Assembly: GCA_965221165.1 (NCBI GenBank)
Contig: CBDCRP010000003.1
Location: forward strand, 672,001-736,000
Source: a bacterium
Lineage (GTDB): Bacteria; UBA8248
Length of the DNA stretch: 64,000 nucleotides
Direction of reading: 5' to 3'
This document shows positions 38,932 to 49,022 of this stretch, one piece after another. A program made the position numbers and the translations under genes. The number at the start of each line of letters is the position of its first letter. The stretch's first letter is position 1. The notes beneath the pieces were generated by a model. That model made no database searches. It had not been told where the DNA came from and saw nothing but the letters and a program-made list of their open reading frames with translations.

Positions 38932-39040
38932 AACTCCTCCAAATCTTTGAGAAGAACTCTCATCAAAAGTAAGTGCGTATTCCTTGGTTATCCTCTCGCG
39001 CCCATGGTGTCAACATGAATCCGGCATACCACCCAGCGCC

Positions 39041-40723
39041 TCAAGCGCCCGCATGGCGCGCCGCCGCCTCACGCAACTCATCCCCTATCGGGACCCTCTG
39101 GTGCGCCGGGGCGTCATCAGGCCCCAACGATACATGGATGTTGGCCAGCCAGTTCTCATCATCGCGCTCGGGAGAATCAGACCTCGTATGCGCCCCCCGG
39201 CTTTCGGCGCGCATGGCCATCGAGCCCAGCATCGCCTCTGCGGTAAGGCACATGAGCCTCGACTGTGCATGGCGCGAGAGGAGCGAACCGGCGGACGTCA
39301 TTCCCGCTATTCTCTCTTTGTGAGCGGCTATCTTCGTGATGCCCTCTTGCAGCGCCGGCGCATCGCGCTCAATGCCGCCGGAGGAAAACATGATTTCGCG
39401 TATATTCTCTTCTATTTCATCCAGTTGGTCCTCATCCACCACGTCCACGCCCGCTGCGCCCACCTCACCTTTTTCAGGCGGCCCGCCCTCTCCCGCCACG
39501 TGGGCGGCGGCCCGGCCCGCCCGGTCACCCATCACCGCGCACACGGTGAGGCCCCCGCTCGCCAGGCGATTCGCTCCGTGCAAGCCGCCTCCGTTCTCAC
39601 CGGCGGCGAAAAGACCGTCCACGTCCGTTCGCCCGTTCGTGTCGATGAGGACGCCGCCCATGCACGAGTGCGCGGCGGGAGCGATTTCTATCGGCTCTTT
39701 CCGCACGTCGAGACCCGCCGCCTCGAAATCATCGATGATCTCGCCCATCACGTCTCTCAGCCCCTGGTAGGGCACCTGTGTCAAATCAAGATACACGCCG
39801 CCGTTTTCGCCTCCCCGCCCCTCTATGATTTCGCGGTGCATCGCGCGGGAGAGAACATCGCGCTTGGCGTGTTCCATATCGTCGGGCGCATAGCGGGTCA
39901 TGAACCGTTCATTCAGATTGTTCCTGATTCTCGCTTCGGGGAAGGAAAGGGCCATGCCCCCTGAGTTTCTGCCCCTGAGCTGCGGCGGATGGGCCAGCGC
40001 CGTGGGGGTGAACTGCACGAATTCCATGTCCCGCAATCGCGCCCCGGCGTCGAGCGCAGCCCCGTAGCCGACTCCCGCGACGCCCGGCGCATTCGTCGTT
40101 ACGGGATACATTCCCCCCAAACCGCCCATCGCCAGAATCGTGGCGCGCGCATACGCCCGAAGCAGATTCCCGTTTTCTTCCACCTGAAAATCGGCTCCCA
40201 CTACCCTCCCGCCGGCATCGCGCAGCAACCCGACGAAGGATAGCCCCTCCAGAACGCGCGCTCCGCTCTGCGCGAGTCTCGCGCCCAGAACCATCATCAT
40301 CCGGGGGCCGCCGCCTGGCACGCGCGCTCCCCGGGGGTAGGTATGCCCGGGAAGTTTCGTGGGCGTCATTCGACCGTTTTTCTCCAAAAAAGGAACCACA
40401 TGAGCGCGCAGACGCTCTATCGCGGCTCCCGATTCGGATGCGACCGTACGCACCAGGGCAGGGTCTGACATGAACCATCCGCTGCGGAAATTATCCGCCA
40501 CCATGGTTTCCACGGAATCATCCGGCAGGGAAAAACCCTCGAGTATCGTTGCGAAAACACCGCCCGCGCGCGCGGAATTTCCGCTCAAACCGGCCTCGCC
40601 CTTCATGGCGATGCAAACGTCCGCCCCTTCTTCGCGCGCCGCGAGAGCAGCCAGCGTTCCCGCCAGCCCTCCGCCGACGACCAATACATCCGTGCGTATT
40701 TCTTCCACGATTTCTCCGAACAT
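39041..40723 (-). CDS. SdhA/FrdA/NadB-family FAD-binding oxidoreductase
   Basis: GGGLAG, DMEFVQF, AHSCMGG, LHGANRL, RAESRGAH. Confidence 0.85.
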   Translation of the reverse strand: MFGEIVEEIRTDVLVVGGGLAGTLAALAAREEGADVCIAMKGEAGLSGNSARAGGVFATILEGFSLPDDSVETMVADNFRSGWFMSDPALVRTVASESGAAIERLRAHVVPFLEKNGRMTPTKLPGHTYPRGARVPGGGPRMMMVLGARLAQSGARVLEGLSFVGLLRDAGGRVVGADFQVEENGNLLRAYARATILAMGGLGGMYPVTTNAPGVAGVGYGAALDAGARLRDMEFVQFTPTALAHPPQLRGRNSGGMALSFPEARIRNNLNERFMTRYAPDDMEHAKRDVLSRAMHREIIEGRGGENGGVYLDLTQVPYQGLRDVMGEIIDDFEAAGLDVRKEPIEIAPAAHSCMGGVLIDTNGRTDVDGLFAAGENGGGLHGANRLASGGLTVCAVMGDRAGRAAAHVAGEGGPPEKGEVGAAGVDVVDEDQLDEIEENIREIMFSSGGIERDAPALQEGITKIAAHKERIAGMTSAGSLLSRHAQSRLMCLTAEAMLGSMAMRAESRGAHTRSDSPERDDENWLANIHVSLGPDDAPAHQRVPIGDELREAAARHAGA

Positions 40724-41412
40724 CACATATCGGGATAAGGGAGCGGGTCCCGTTCACCGATTTCCTCGAACCCCTTTCGCCTCAGGATGCAAGCGTCGCA
40801 TGACCCGCAGGGCCGCCCCTCGTCCAGCGGATCGTAGCAGGTATGGGTGAGAGAAAAATCCACTCCCAACTCCAGACCTTTAAGCACGATGTCGGACTTT
40901 CGCATTGTGCTCAAAGGCGTATGGATCACAAGAGGCGCGCCCCCCACGCCCGATTTCGTGGCCAGGCGCGCCATGCGTTCATAGGCTTCGATGTATTCGG
41001 GGCGGCAATCCGGATAGCCGGAATAATCGAGCGCGTTCACCCCGATAAAAATATCACTCGCGCCCTTCACCTCGGCCAAGGCCAGCGCATAGCTCAGAAA
41101 AATGGTGTTTCGCGCGGGCACATAGGTAACGGGTATGCCCTCTCCGATGTCGGCGCGCTCCTTGGGCACCTCGATGTCGTCGGTGAGCGCGCTCCCGCCG
41201 ATGGCGCGCATGTCGATGGACAATACGGCATGGCCCGATGCGCCGATTTGTTTCGCCACTTTTTTCGCGGCTATAAGTTCACACCGGTGCCTTTGCCCGT
41301 AGTCGAAACTGAGCGCCTCGCAGGCGAAGCCTTGCCCGTTCGCTATCGCCAGAACGACGGCGGAATCCATGCCGCCGCTCAGGAGAACGACCGCCACTCT
41401 TTTCCCGTCCAC
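40723..41412 (-). CDS. queC: 7-cyano-7-deazaguanine synthase
   Basis: LSGGMDS, YGQRH, YVPARN, GYPDCR, CGSCDAC; GTG start with AGGAG. Confidence 0.95.
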   Translation of the reverse strand: MDGKRVAVVLLSGGMDSAVVLAIANGQGFACEALSFDYGQRHRCELIAAKKVAKQIGASGHAVLSIDMRAIGGSALTDDIEVPKERADIGEGIPVTYVPARNTIFLSYALALAEVKGASDIFIGVNALDYSGYPDCRPEYIEAYERMARLATKSGVGGAPLVIHTPLSTMRKSDIVLKGLELGVDFSLTHTCYDPLDEGRPCGSCDACILRRKGFEEIGERDPLPYPDM

Positions 41413-41530
41413 GTACGAACTCCTGCCTCTGCCGGTTGGATGAGCCTCTCTGCGAAAAAACGCATAATAGGGTATTCTAGCGCTTCGGCAAAGGTGAATG
41501 ACGTGTTTCTTCCACCTGGAGGAGAGGACG

Positions 41531-42331
41531 ATGCCCGTTGCGACGGTGAATGGAGTGAACCTCGCGTACGTCATGAAAGGCAGGGGAGCGCCCCTCGTCG
41601 CGATGCACGGATTCGCCAACTCCATATACACCTGGGAGCCGGTGATGGATGCGTTTTCCCGGCGTTTTCAGGCCTTCGCATACGATCATCGCGGCCACGG
41701 GGGGTCGAGCAAAAAACAAAACCCTTATGAGATTCAAACCCTCACCGATGATCTGCTGGGTCTCCTGAACTTCTGGGGACTCGACAGGGTCCACCTCATG
41801 GGACACAGCATGGGCGGGCGCGTCGCCCTGTTGTTCGCCTTACAACACCCCGAGAGACTCGAGAGCCTGATGCTCATCGGCGCCTCCGCAGCAGCACCCG
41901 AAGGAGAAGTGAGACGACGATTCGAACTTCTTCGAAAAATGGCGCTCGATGAAGGAATGGCGGCGGTTCTCAAGAGCGAGGATATGCGGGCAACCCTCCC
42001 CCGGGACTACATCGACGGCCCAAGTGCGGAGAAATTCAAAAGGCTATTCCTCAAAAACACACCCACCGACTACGCCGCGGCGGCAGACGCCATCCTCCAA
42101 ACGCCGGACATGACGGCGCGCCTGGGTGAAATCCAGGCTCCCGCCTGGGTTTGCACGGGCGAGGGAGACGCCGGGGCGATGGCATATGGGGAGATGTTCG
42201 AGGAGCGAATCCCGGGTTGCGTGAGAACGATTATCCCCGCCTGCGGGCATTTTCCGATGCAGGATGCGCCCGAGGCTTTTTGCGCCGCGTTCGATGACTT
42301 CGTCGAGGCGGCGATTGATTCGGACTCATAA
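41531..42331 (+). CDS. alpha/beta hydrolase
   Basis: HGF, DHRGHG, GHSMGG, GH. Confidence 0.9.
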   Translation: MPVATVNGVNLAYVMKGRGAPLVAMHGFANSIYTWEPVMDAFSRRFQAFAYDHRGHGGSSKKQNPYEIQTLTDDLLGLLNFWGLDRVHLMGHSMGGRVALLFALQHPERLESLMLIGASAAAPEGEVRRRFELLRKMALDEGMAAVLKSEDMRATLPRDYIDGPSAEKFKRLFLKNTPTDYAAAADAILQTPDMTARLGEIQAPAWVCTGEGDAGAMAYGEMFEERIPGCVRTIIPACGHFPMQDAPEAFCAAFDDFVEAAIDSDS

Positions 42332-42342
42332 GGAGAACCTCC

Positions 42343-42744
42343 ATGACGCATGACGAGGCGGTGGCCTTCCTGAGCGAGCAGCACTACGGCGTCCTGAGCA
42401 CCCTGCTCGAGGACGGGAGATCGCACCCCACGCCCATCGTGTTCGACTACAAAGAAGGAGTCGCGGAGATTTCCATGACGTGGGACCGCGTGAAGGCCAA
42501 AAACCTGAAGCGCGACCCCAGGGCAACGCTTTGCGTGATGCCGCAAGACAGCTTCTATCCCTACCTCTGCGCGGAAGGCGAGGCAGAACTCATCGAAGAC
42601 CCGGACGGCACGAAAAACCTCGACCTCTACAGGCGCATCACCGGAAAGGACCCCGACGACCTCGATGAATACTTAGGAGCGATGAAAAACGAGAAACGAC
42701 TCGTGGCCAGACTGAGCGTCAAGAGGATGTATCCGATTGGGTGA
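42343..42744 (+). CDS. PPOX-class (pyridoxamine 5'-phosphate oxidase-like) protein
   Basis: LSTL..DG, KAKNLKRDPRATL. Confidence 0.8.
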   Translation: MTHDEAVAFLSEQHYGVLSTLLEDGRSHPTPIVFDYKEGVAEISMTWDRVKAKNLKRDPRATLCVMPQDSFYPYLCAEGEAELIEDPDGTKNLDLYRRITGKDPDDLDEYLGAMKNEKRLVARLSVKRMYPIG

Positions 42745-42802
42745 GCCGGCCCTCGTTTGTGTTATGATTCGAAGTGAACCCACCAAATAAGGAGGATGCT
42801 TC

Positions 42803-43117
42803 ATGGCCGTCACCGCAATCGTCCGTTTCCCGTTTCCTGAAGAAAAAAGCGAGGAGGAGCTGGTTGCTGGTTTCGAGAGTTCGTCGGCCCTCTACCGCGA
42901 TGTACCGGGCCTCTTGCGTAAATACTATCTGTTGTCCGAGGACCGGCGGACCGGGGGCGGGGTCTATATCTTCGAATCGCGCGCCGACGCCGAGCGCGTC
43001 CATGACGACGTATGGCGCGCCAGGCTGCGCGAGCGCATGGGAGTCGAGCCCGAGGTCCAATACTTCGACTCGCCCGTCATCGTCGACAACGAAGCCAAGG
43101 CCGCTTCCACCGCATAA
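42803..43117 (+). CDS. YdhR-like putative monooxygenase (copy 1)
   Basis: YRDVPGLLRKYY, GGGVYIF, SPVIVDN. Confidence 0.8.
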   Translation: MAVTAIVRFPFPEEKSEEELVAGFESSSALYRDVPGLLRKYYLLSEDRRTGGGVYIFESRADAERVHDDVWRARLRERMGVEPEVQYFDSPVIVDNEAKAASTA

Positions 43118-43129
43118 GGAGGGTGCTCT

Positions 43130-43447
43130 ATGGCCGTCACCGCAATCGTCCGCTTCACGCTTCCCGAGGGGAAGACCCACGAGGAGATGGCCGCGGCCTT
43201 CGAGAGGTCGGCTCCTCTCTACCGCGACGTGCCGGGGCTGGTGCGCAAATACTACCTGGTGTCGGACGACGTGCGCACCGGCGGCGGGGTCTATCTGTTC
43301 GAGTCGCGCGCCGACGCCGAGCGCCTCTACGACGACGCCTGGCGCGCCGGGCTGCGCGAGCGCCTCGGAGTCGAGCCTACGATCGAATACTTCGAATCGC
43401 CCGTCATCGTCGACAACGAGGTCGGGGCGATCTCGACCGCGTCCTAG
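43130..43447 (+). CDS. YdhR-like putative monooxygenase (copy 2)
   Basis: Tandem paralog of 42803..43117. Confidence 0.8.
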   Translation: MAVTAIVRFTLPEGKTHEEMAAAFERSAPLYRDVPGLVRKYYLVSDDVRTGGGVYLFESRADAERLYDDAWRAGLRERLGVEPTIEYFESPVIVDNEVGAISTAS

Positions 43448-43552
43448 TTCGCGCGGAGGTTCTCTCCCTTTCGAGGATGTCTCCCGGGCGACTCGATGTA
43501 TCCGCTCGTTCGTGTCCAGCAGGACGGAATAGTTGAAAAGGCGGGGGGCCAT

Positions 43553-44173
43553 ATGTTCCGGGCCAACGCGCTGACGCTCTGCATCGTCTTCCTGGTATTG
43601 GGCGTAGGCGGAAGAATCGCGCTTCAGTATGGACTCACCGGCGACCACGGCATACGCCCGGTGCGGCGGAGCGCTTCCAAAACAGCCAAGTGCGCATGCG
43701 TTCTTCTGATTACATCGTTTATTGGGACGCTCGTTATTTCTCTGCTCGAAGCTACAGGAACGATTCGGCCGCAAATCCATCTCGGCGCGTCCGGGAACCT
43801 CATCGGCGCGGCAGCCTCTCTGGCCGGCATCACCACCATGATAATAGCTCAATGGCAAATGGGGACAGCATGGAGATTCGGCGTCGATGAAACCGAGCAA
43901 ACCGATCTGGTGACGAGGGGCTTGTACTCTCTCGTCAGAAACCCGATCTACAGCGGCGTGTTCCTGTTCGGCATCAGCTTGCTGGTATTGCTCCCACACG
44001 TATATATGCTGTTTTTTCTGATCCTGGCTTATCTGAGCATCGAGTTGCAGGTCCGCTTCGTGGAAGAGCCGCATCTTCATCGTCTACACGGCGCGGCTTA
44101 CGAAAAATACGCCAATCAAGCCGGTCGCTATTTTCCAAGATTTGTTACCGGCTCCGGATTATCGGGGAAATGA
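43553..44173 (+). CDS. isoprenylcysteine carboxylmethyltransferase family membrane protein
   Basis: QMGTAWR, LVTRGLYSLVRNPIY, EE..L, RYFP. Confidence 0.85.
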   Translation: MFRANALTLCIVFLVLGVGGRIALQYGLTGDHGIRPVRRSASKTAKCACVLLITSFIGTLVISLLEATGTIRPQIHLGASGNLIGAAASLAGITTMIIAQWQMGTAWRFGVDETEQTDLVTRGLYSLVRNPIYSGVFLFGISLLVLLPHVYMLFFLILAYLSIELQVRFVEEPHLHRLHGAAYEKYANQAGRYFPRFVTGSGLSGK

Positions 44174-44218
44174 CACACGCTCCCGGTTGAGGCGGGCATA
44201 CAGGGAACCGCGCTCGGC

Positions 44219-45034
44219 TCAGCCTACGAGCGCCTCCAGACGCGCGCGGATTTCTTCGGGGAGAGCGTCGCCGCCGGATGCCGCCGCGTTCTCGCTCATG
44301 CGGCCCGTCCTGCCGGTGGCGGGAATGATGGAGGAGACGCTCTCGTCCGCAAGAAGGTATTTCAATAGCGCCTGCCCCGGCGTTCCGTCATGGTGGGCCT
44401 TCAACTCCGGCATACGGGCGATGCTGCCTCCCGGGCCGAGCAGGCCACACTTTAAGTGACTGAAAGGCCGCATGACGATCACGCCCAAGTCCATCTCCCG
44501 GGCCAAAGGCAGAACCTCCTCGCGGCACTTCACCTCGCCCAGATAGTAGGGTATCTGGATAGTGTCGTATGCGCCCGTCTTCATGGCTTCGATGAGTTCG
44601 GGGAAATTCTCCGGCCTTCTGTCGGTGATGCCGAAATGCAGGATTCTCCCCTCTTTTTGAAACGCCTGCATGGCGGGCGTCACCTCGCGCCAGCCCGCCA
44701 TGTTGTGAATCTGCAACAGATCTATCACGTCCGTGCGGAGCCGTTTGAAGGAGCGCTCGATGCTCGCGCGGGCCGCAGAAGCGCTCGACTCCCACACCTT
44801 GGTCGCCAGAACGATTTTATCCCTGCTCCCGGCCAGAGCTTCGCCCAGCACCCGCTCCGATTCCCCGTATATGGGCGCGGTGTCGAAAAAATTGATCCCG
44901 CACGCCAGGCATTCGCGAACGATCTCGACGCACCGGGCGGGGTCGCTGCTCGCCATGTGCATGAAATTATGGGAAGTGCCCAGGCCAATCTCGCTCACGT
45001 GCAGCCCGGTCCTGCCGATACGGCGATGGTTCAT
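44219..45034 (-). CDS. aldo/keto reductase
   Basis: IGLGT, DTAPIYG, LATK, IDLLQIH. Confidence 0.92.
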   Translation of the reverse strand: MNHRRIGRTGLHVSEIGLGTSHNFMHMASSDPARCVEIVRECLACGINFFDTAPIYGESERVLGEALAGSRDKIVLATKVWESSASAARASIERSFKRLRTDVIDLLQIHNMAGWREVTPAMQAFQKEGRILHFGITDRRPENFPELIEAMKTGAYDTIQIPYYLGEVKCREEVLPLAREMDLGVIVMRPFSHLKCGLLGPGGSIARMPELKAHHDGTPGQALLKYLLADESVSSIIPATGRTGRMSENAAASGGDALPEEIRARLEALVG

Positions 45035-45070
45035 GGTCTTATTCCTGGTGATGAGTCAGACGTTCCCCCA

Positions 45071-45754
45071 TCATCCCGTCGCTCTCGTAAGAATCTCGCG
45101 GTAACCCTGGTACACCGCCTCCCCGTAGGCGGGCGGGGCGTGCACTTCGGTGAGCTTTCCGCCTTCTATCGTCTTATCCGACGCGTATGGGTTGAAGACG
45201 GCCTCTCCATCCGGGAAGATGAGGGTGGGACTCGTCATCGGCAGACCCTCCTCGTCCCTTAAGCGCATGGCTTCCCTGTAATCGTCCATTACCCCTTCTT
45301 CAAATACGCCCGATTCCAGGTCCGCGCCCACCCTGGAGCCATCGAGACCCGCCTCTTCTGCGATCTCGCAAAGAACCGAAACCTCATCCACGCGTCTGCC
45401 CTCATAAAAAAAACCGCGCCTGAGCTTCAAATCATAGACGCGCGCCTTTACCGGGTCTTGCGCGTATGCGCTCGCGTAGGCCTGAAAGGCAAGCATCGTG
45501 GTTCTCAGGTATTCTTCGTGCGGCCAGCTTCGACACGGCGAGAGCGGCTCCTGAACCGCCACCAGGGGCCATTCCTGATCCACGATGTAGCGAGGCGCAG
45601 GCCGGTCGTTGATGACTTCCAGCGGGAACGCGCGCCACTTGAGATGCAGTTTGCCCTCGAAATCCGGCATCACCCTGTCCAGCCGCGCCGCGGCCAGGTA
45701 TGCCCAGGGTCAATGGTATTCATGAAAAATCTCGACAACCGCCATGTTCGTCAT
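45071..45754 (-). CDS. DsbA/FrnE-like protein, probable selenoprotein (UGA 45710-45712)
   Basis: GAGG SD; MTNMAVVEIFHEYH-UGA-PWAYLAAARL in frame with ORF 45071..45673; WRAFPLE, SPTL. Confidence 0.85.
45679..45697 (-). promoter_or_regulatory. candidate SECIS hairpin
   Basis: CUGGCCGC-GGC-GCGGCUGG, loop starts 21 nt after the UGA; lower helix CCCUG/CAGGG. Confidence 0.6.
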
Positions 45755-45933
45755 CACATGCCCTCACTGAAAATAAGAATGCCCTATGAGCGAAAACAAC
45801 GAAGTGAAGCGTCCCCTCTCCCCGATGATGTACACCCCGGGTTCATCGAGGGCAAGTTGTTGCTCCACCCCGACCCCTCATACACCGGATACGAGGTATG
45901 GTATCATCCGGAAAAATGGAGGAGACCGCTGGA

Positions 45934-46350
45934 ATGAACCCTGAGAACGAAACGATCGCCTGCATTCTGTCTGCCGCCGAGACCATCGCCGTGGTGGGTC
46001 TTTCGGACGATCCCTCGCGCGCGAGCCACCGAATCGCCGCCTATCTCAAGGAAGCGGGCTACCGGGTCATTCCGGTAAACCCCAGAATCGAATCCGCCTT
46101 GGGAGAAAAAGCCTATCCGCGTCTGGGAGACGTCCAAGAGCACATAGACATCGTCAACGCCTTCAGGCGCTCCGAGCAAATCCCCTCCCTGGTGGATGAG
46201 GCTATCCAAAACCGCCCGCGCGCGTTCTGGATGCAAAGGGGCATCGCCCATCCCGCCTCCGCGCGCCGCCTGGAGGATGCGGGCATCACGGCGATTCAAG
46301 ACCTCTGCATCAAGACCGTCCACCGGGAACTCGCGCAAACCCCTCGATGA
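45934..46350 (+). CDS. CoA-binding protein (YccU-like)
   Basis: IAVVGLS, VIPVNP, WMQxGI, DLCI. Confidence 0.9.
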   Translation: MNPENETIACILSAAETIAVVGLSDDPSRASHRIAAYLKEAGYRVIPVNPRIESALGEKAYPRLGDVQEHIDIVNAFRRSEQIPSLVDEAIQNRPRAFWMQRGIAHPASARRLEDAGITAIQDLCIKTVHRELAQTPR

Positions 46351-46420
46351 GAACGGGCCGCTGGCATTCTCCCAAAAACTCCATCGCTACCTGCTCCTCG
46401 GCGCAGGTGTGCTGATAGTT

Positions 46421-47194
46421 ATGGGGATCTTTGGCCTTTTGGAGAATTTCCTGCTCTATCATCCCTACCGGGAAATCGAGCAAACGCCCAAAACCTACGG
46501 CGTCGCTTACGAGAACGTCTCCTTCAGCGCCGCAGACGGCGTGCGCCTGCACGGCTGGTACGTCGCGCCGAAGACCCCGGACGGCCCGGTTCTCCTGTGG
46601 GCGCACGGCAACGCCGGCAACCTCTCCCACCGCGCGGAGAACATCGCGCTCATTCAAGTGCAGTTGGGGGCCGGCGTCTTCATCTTCGACTACCGGGGGT
46701 ACGGGAAAAGCGAGGGCAGGCCGAGCGAGGAGGGTCTCTACGCAGACGGCAGGGCCGCTTACGCCTGGCTCGTGAAACGCATACCTCACGAGCGCGTTTT
46801 TCTGTTCGGGCGCTCCCTGGGCGCGGCCGTGATGGTCAAGCTCGCCGTGGAGGGAAAAAAAGCGCGCGGCCTCATACTGGAGAGCCCCTTCGAGAGCACC
46901 CTCGCCATGGGGAAGAAGATGTTTCCCTTCCTGCCGGTGGGCTGGTTCATCTCCGCAAAATTCGACAGCGCGGCCATGCTCCCGGAAGTGGAGATGCCCT
47001 TGCTCGTTCTGCACGGCGATGTGGACGGCATAGTGCCCCACGCGCAGGGAAGGCGGCTCTACGAGGCGGCGCGCACGCCTTATAAACGCTTTTTCACCAT
47101 CAAGGGCGCGGGCCACAACGACACGTATTTCACGGGGGGCGCCGCCTACTGGGCGGCATGGCGGGATTTTCTGAAAGATCCTGAATCAAGATGA
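46421..47194 (+). CDS. alpha/beta hydrolase (ABHD13/YfhR-like)
   Basis: HGNAGN, DYRGYGKS, GRSLG, HG..D, AGHND; start uncertain. Confidence 0.85.
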   Translation: MGIFGLLENFLLYHPYREIEQTPKTYGVAYENVSFSAADGVRLHGWYVAPKTPDGPVLLWAHGNAGNLSHRAENIALIQVQLGAGVFIFDYRGYGKSEGRPSEEGLYADGRAAYAWLVKRIPHERVFLFGRSLGAAVMVKLAVEGKKARGLILESPFESTLAMGKKMFPFLPVGWFISAKFDSAAMLPEVEMPLLVLHGDVDGIVPHAQGRRLYEAARTPYKRFFTIKGAGHNDTYFTGGAAYWAAWRDFLKDPESR

Positions 47195-48013
47195 ACCGGA
47201 AGTCGGCTCCCTTCTCCTGCCCCGGCGTCTCGCGCGAAACTCCCGCAGCAGCCTCTCATGGTGTACGCTCGTGAAGAAACTCTCGACGAATGCGTTCACC
47301 GGGCGGTTGATGAGGTTCTCCGGCGTATCGACCTGAACAATTACGCCATCGCGCATCACGGCGATCCTGTCTGCGATTTGAAACGCATCCGTCAAATCAT
47401 GCGTCACCAGCAGGCTGATCGCCCCGATCTCATCATGCACCCTTCTCAACTCTTTGCGGACCTCGAGCCTGGCGACCGGATCGATATTCGCCAAAGGCTC
47501 ATCGAGAAGAAAAACGCGAGGCGGTATCGCGATGGCGCGGCCAATCGCGACTTTCTGCTGCTGGCCCGCGCTCAGGCTGTCCGGGCGGCGGCGGGACCAT
47601 TTTTTACTGATCCCCAGACGCCGCATCACATCCTGCGCTCGCTCGTTCAGGATGCCCGGCAGCCATCGGCGGATTTTGAGCGCGAAACTCAGGTTCGAGT
47701 ATTTTTTTTCATCGAAAACCTTCATGTGCGGCCACAGCGCGTAGCTCTGGAACACGAGTTGCACCCCGCGCCGGCCGGGCGGGATGCCGTTCAGTCGCAC
47801 GCCGTCCAAGTAGATATGGCCCGCATCCTCATCCTCCACGCCGGCTATCAAGCGCAACAGGGTCGATTTCCCGCAACCCGTGGGCCCGACGAGCACCATG
47901 AATTCCCCCTCTTCGAGCGCAAGGGAAAGATTATCGACCGCGCACACGTCGTCAAAATCTTTTTTGAGTCCCGTAATCGTCAGACGGCTCATGCTTCTCT
48001 CCGGCCCGTTCAT
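47186..48013 (-). CDS. ABC transporter ATP-binding protein (MalK/PotA-like)
   Basis: GPTGCGKST, LSAGQQQ, LLDEP, VTHD. Confidence 0.9.
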   Translation of the reverse strand: MNGPERSMSRLTITGLKKDFDDVCAVDNLSLALEEGEFMVLVGPTGCGKSTLLRLIAGVEDEDAGHIYLDGVRLNGIPPGRRGVQLVFQSYALWPHMKVFDEKKYSNLSFALKIRRWLPGILNERAQDVMRRLGISKKWSRRRPDSLSAGQQQKVAIGRAIAIPPRVFLLDEPLANIDPVARLEVRKELRRVHDEIGAISLLVTHDLTDAFQIADRIAVMRDGVIVQVDTPENLINRPVNAFVESFFTSVHHERLLREFRARRRGRRREPTSGSS

Positions 48014-48366
48014 TCCCCAGGCGCTAGTTCGTTCAGCGCCTCCATACCCGGCGTGAATATCTCCTCCAGAACGAGCGGCCCATCGCCCGCGTTGCTTGTG
48101 GCGTGCTCCTGGTTGGGCGGAAAAACCACGACGCCGCCCGGCCCGAGCACCACCTCCCGTCCGGCGCACCCGAACCTCGCGCGTCCTTCGAGAACAATCG
48201 TCATCTGCTCGTTGGGATGCGAATGGGGGTTGTATATGTCCACACCGGCGCGAATCGTCTGGCGAAGCACGGTAAGCTTCTCACCCGCCACCACGCGCTG
48301 AATCCTCTCTCCGGTATCGTGCGCTTCCATCTCCTCGAAATGGTAGTATTTCACTCTCTTCTCCAT
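48010..48366 (-). CDS. cupin domain protein
   Basis: HSHPNEQ, PPNQEH. Confidence 0.85.
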   Translation of the reverse strand: MEKRVKYYHFEEMEAHDTGERIQRVVAGEKLTVLRQTIRAGVDIYNPHSHPNEQMTIVLEGRARFGCAGREVVLGPGGVVVFPPNQEHATSNAGDGPLVLEEIFTPGMEALNELAPGE

Positions 48367-48500
48367 CTGAATGGATGAAACTTTACAGAAAAATTAAGTT
48401 CGGGCCGGAGAACCAACCGATTCATCGTATAGAAGTATTTGCATCCGCTCAATCGTTCTCCTAAAGTGTTTGCAGGCCGCTTAACCGTATGGAGACCGTC

Positions 48501-49022
48501 ATGAAGCGAACCCCTATTTACATCGCCGCCATCGTCTTTCTCGCCGTGTTCTGGACGTTTTATCAGGCAGGCGCATCGGGGCTCGGACCCGGCGCGCGCG
48601 CGCCCGAGCTCAAAGGCGGGCCCTGGCTGGGCGGCGAACCACTGAAACTCTCGGAATTACGCGGCAAGGTCGTGTTGCTCGACATGTGGACGTTCGCCTG
48701 AATCAATTGCGTGCGGGAGATCCCCACGCTGCGCTCGTGGCACGAGCGATATGAGGACAAGGGGCTGGTCGTCATCGGAAACCACGCGCCCGAGTTCAAC
48801 TTTGACAAGAAAAAAGCGAACGTGGAAGAAGCCATGGCCAAGCTCGGCATCAAATACCGCGTCGTGATGGATAATGAATTCACCAACTGGGACGCCTTTC
48901 AAAATCGCTTCTGGCCGACAAAATACCTGATCGACAAAAAAGGCGTCGTGCGCTTCAAGACGATTGGAGAGGGCAACCACGCGCGCACCGAGGCGATGAT
49001 CATGAAACTGCTCGCCGAATGA
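48501..49022 (+). CDS. exported TlpA/DipZ-like redoxin, probable selenoprotein (UGA 48699-48701)
   Basis: Joins ORFs 48489..48701 and 48711..49022 in one frame: LRGKVVLLDMWTFA-UGA-INCVREIP (UxxC); HAPEF, WPTKYLIDK; N-terminal signal/anchor. Confidence 0.92.
48709..48729 (+). promoter_or_regulatory. candidate SECIS hairpin
   Basis: GCGUG(C)GGG-AGAU-CCCCACGC with bulge, loop starts 17 nt after the UGA. Confidence 0.65.

Noticed and set aside
37675-39018. Long antisense ORFs (also 34396..35427, 42719..44080, 47258..48301, 55567..56583, 61547..62746)
   Set aside because: Mirror frames of well-supported genes in GC-rich DNA, with no motifs
817-48701. Genome-wide UGA reassignment to Trp/Gly, or pseudogenes, as the explanation for the in-frame UGAs
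   Set aside because: UGA is a normal stop here (ATGA/GTGA overlaps at 4855, 34357, 49019), Trp uses TGG, and all five UGAs fall only on catalytic Cys positions
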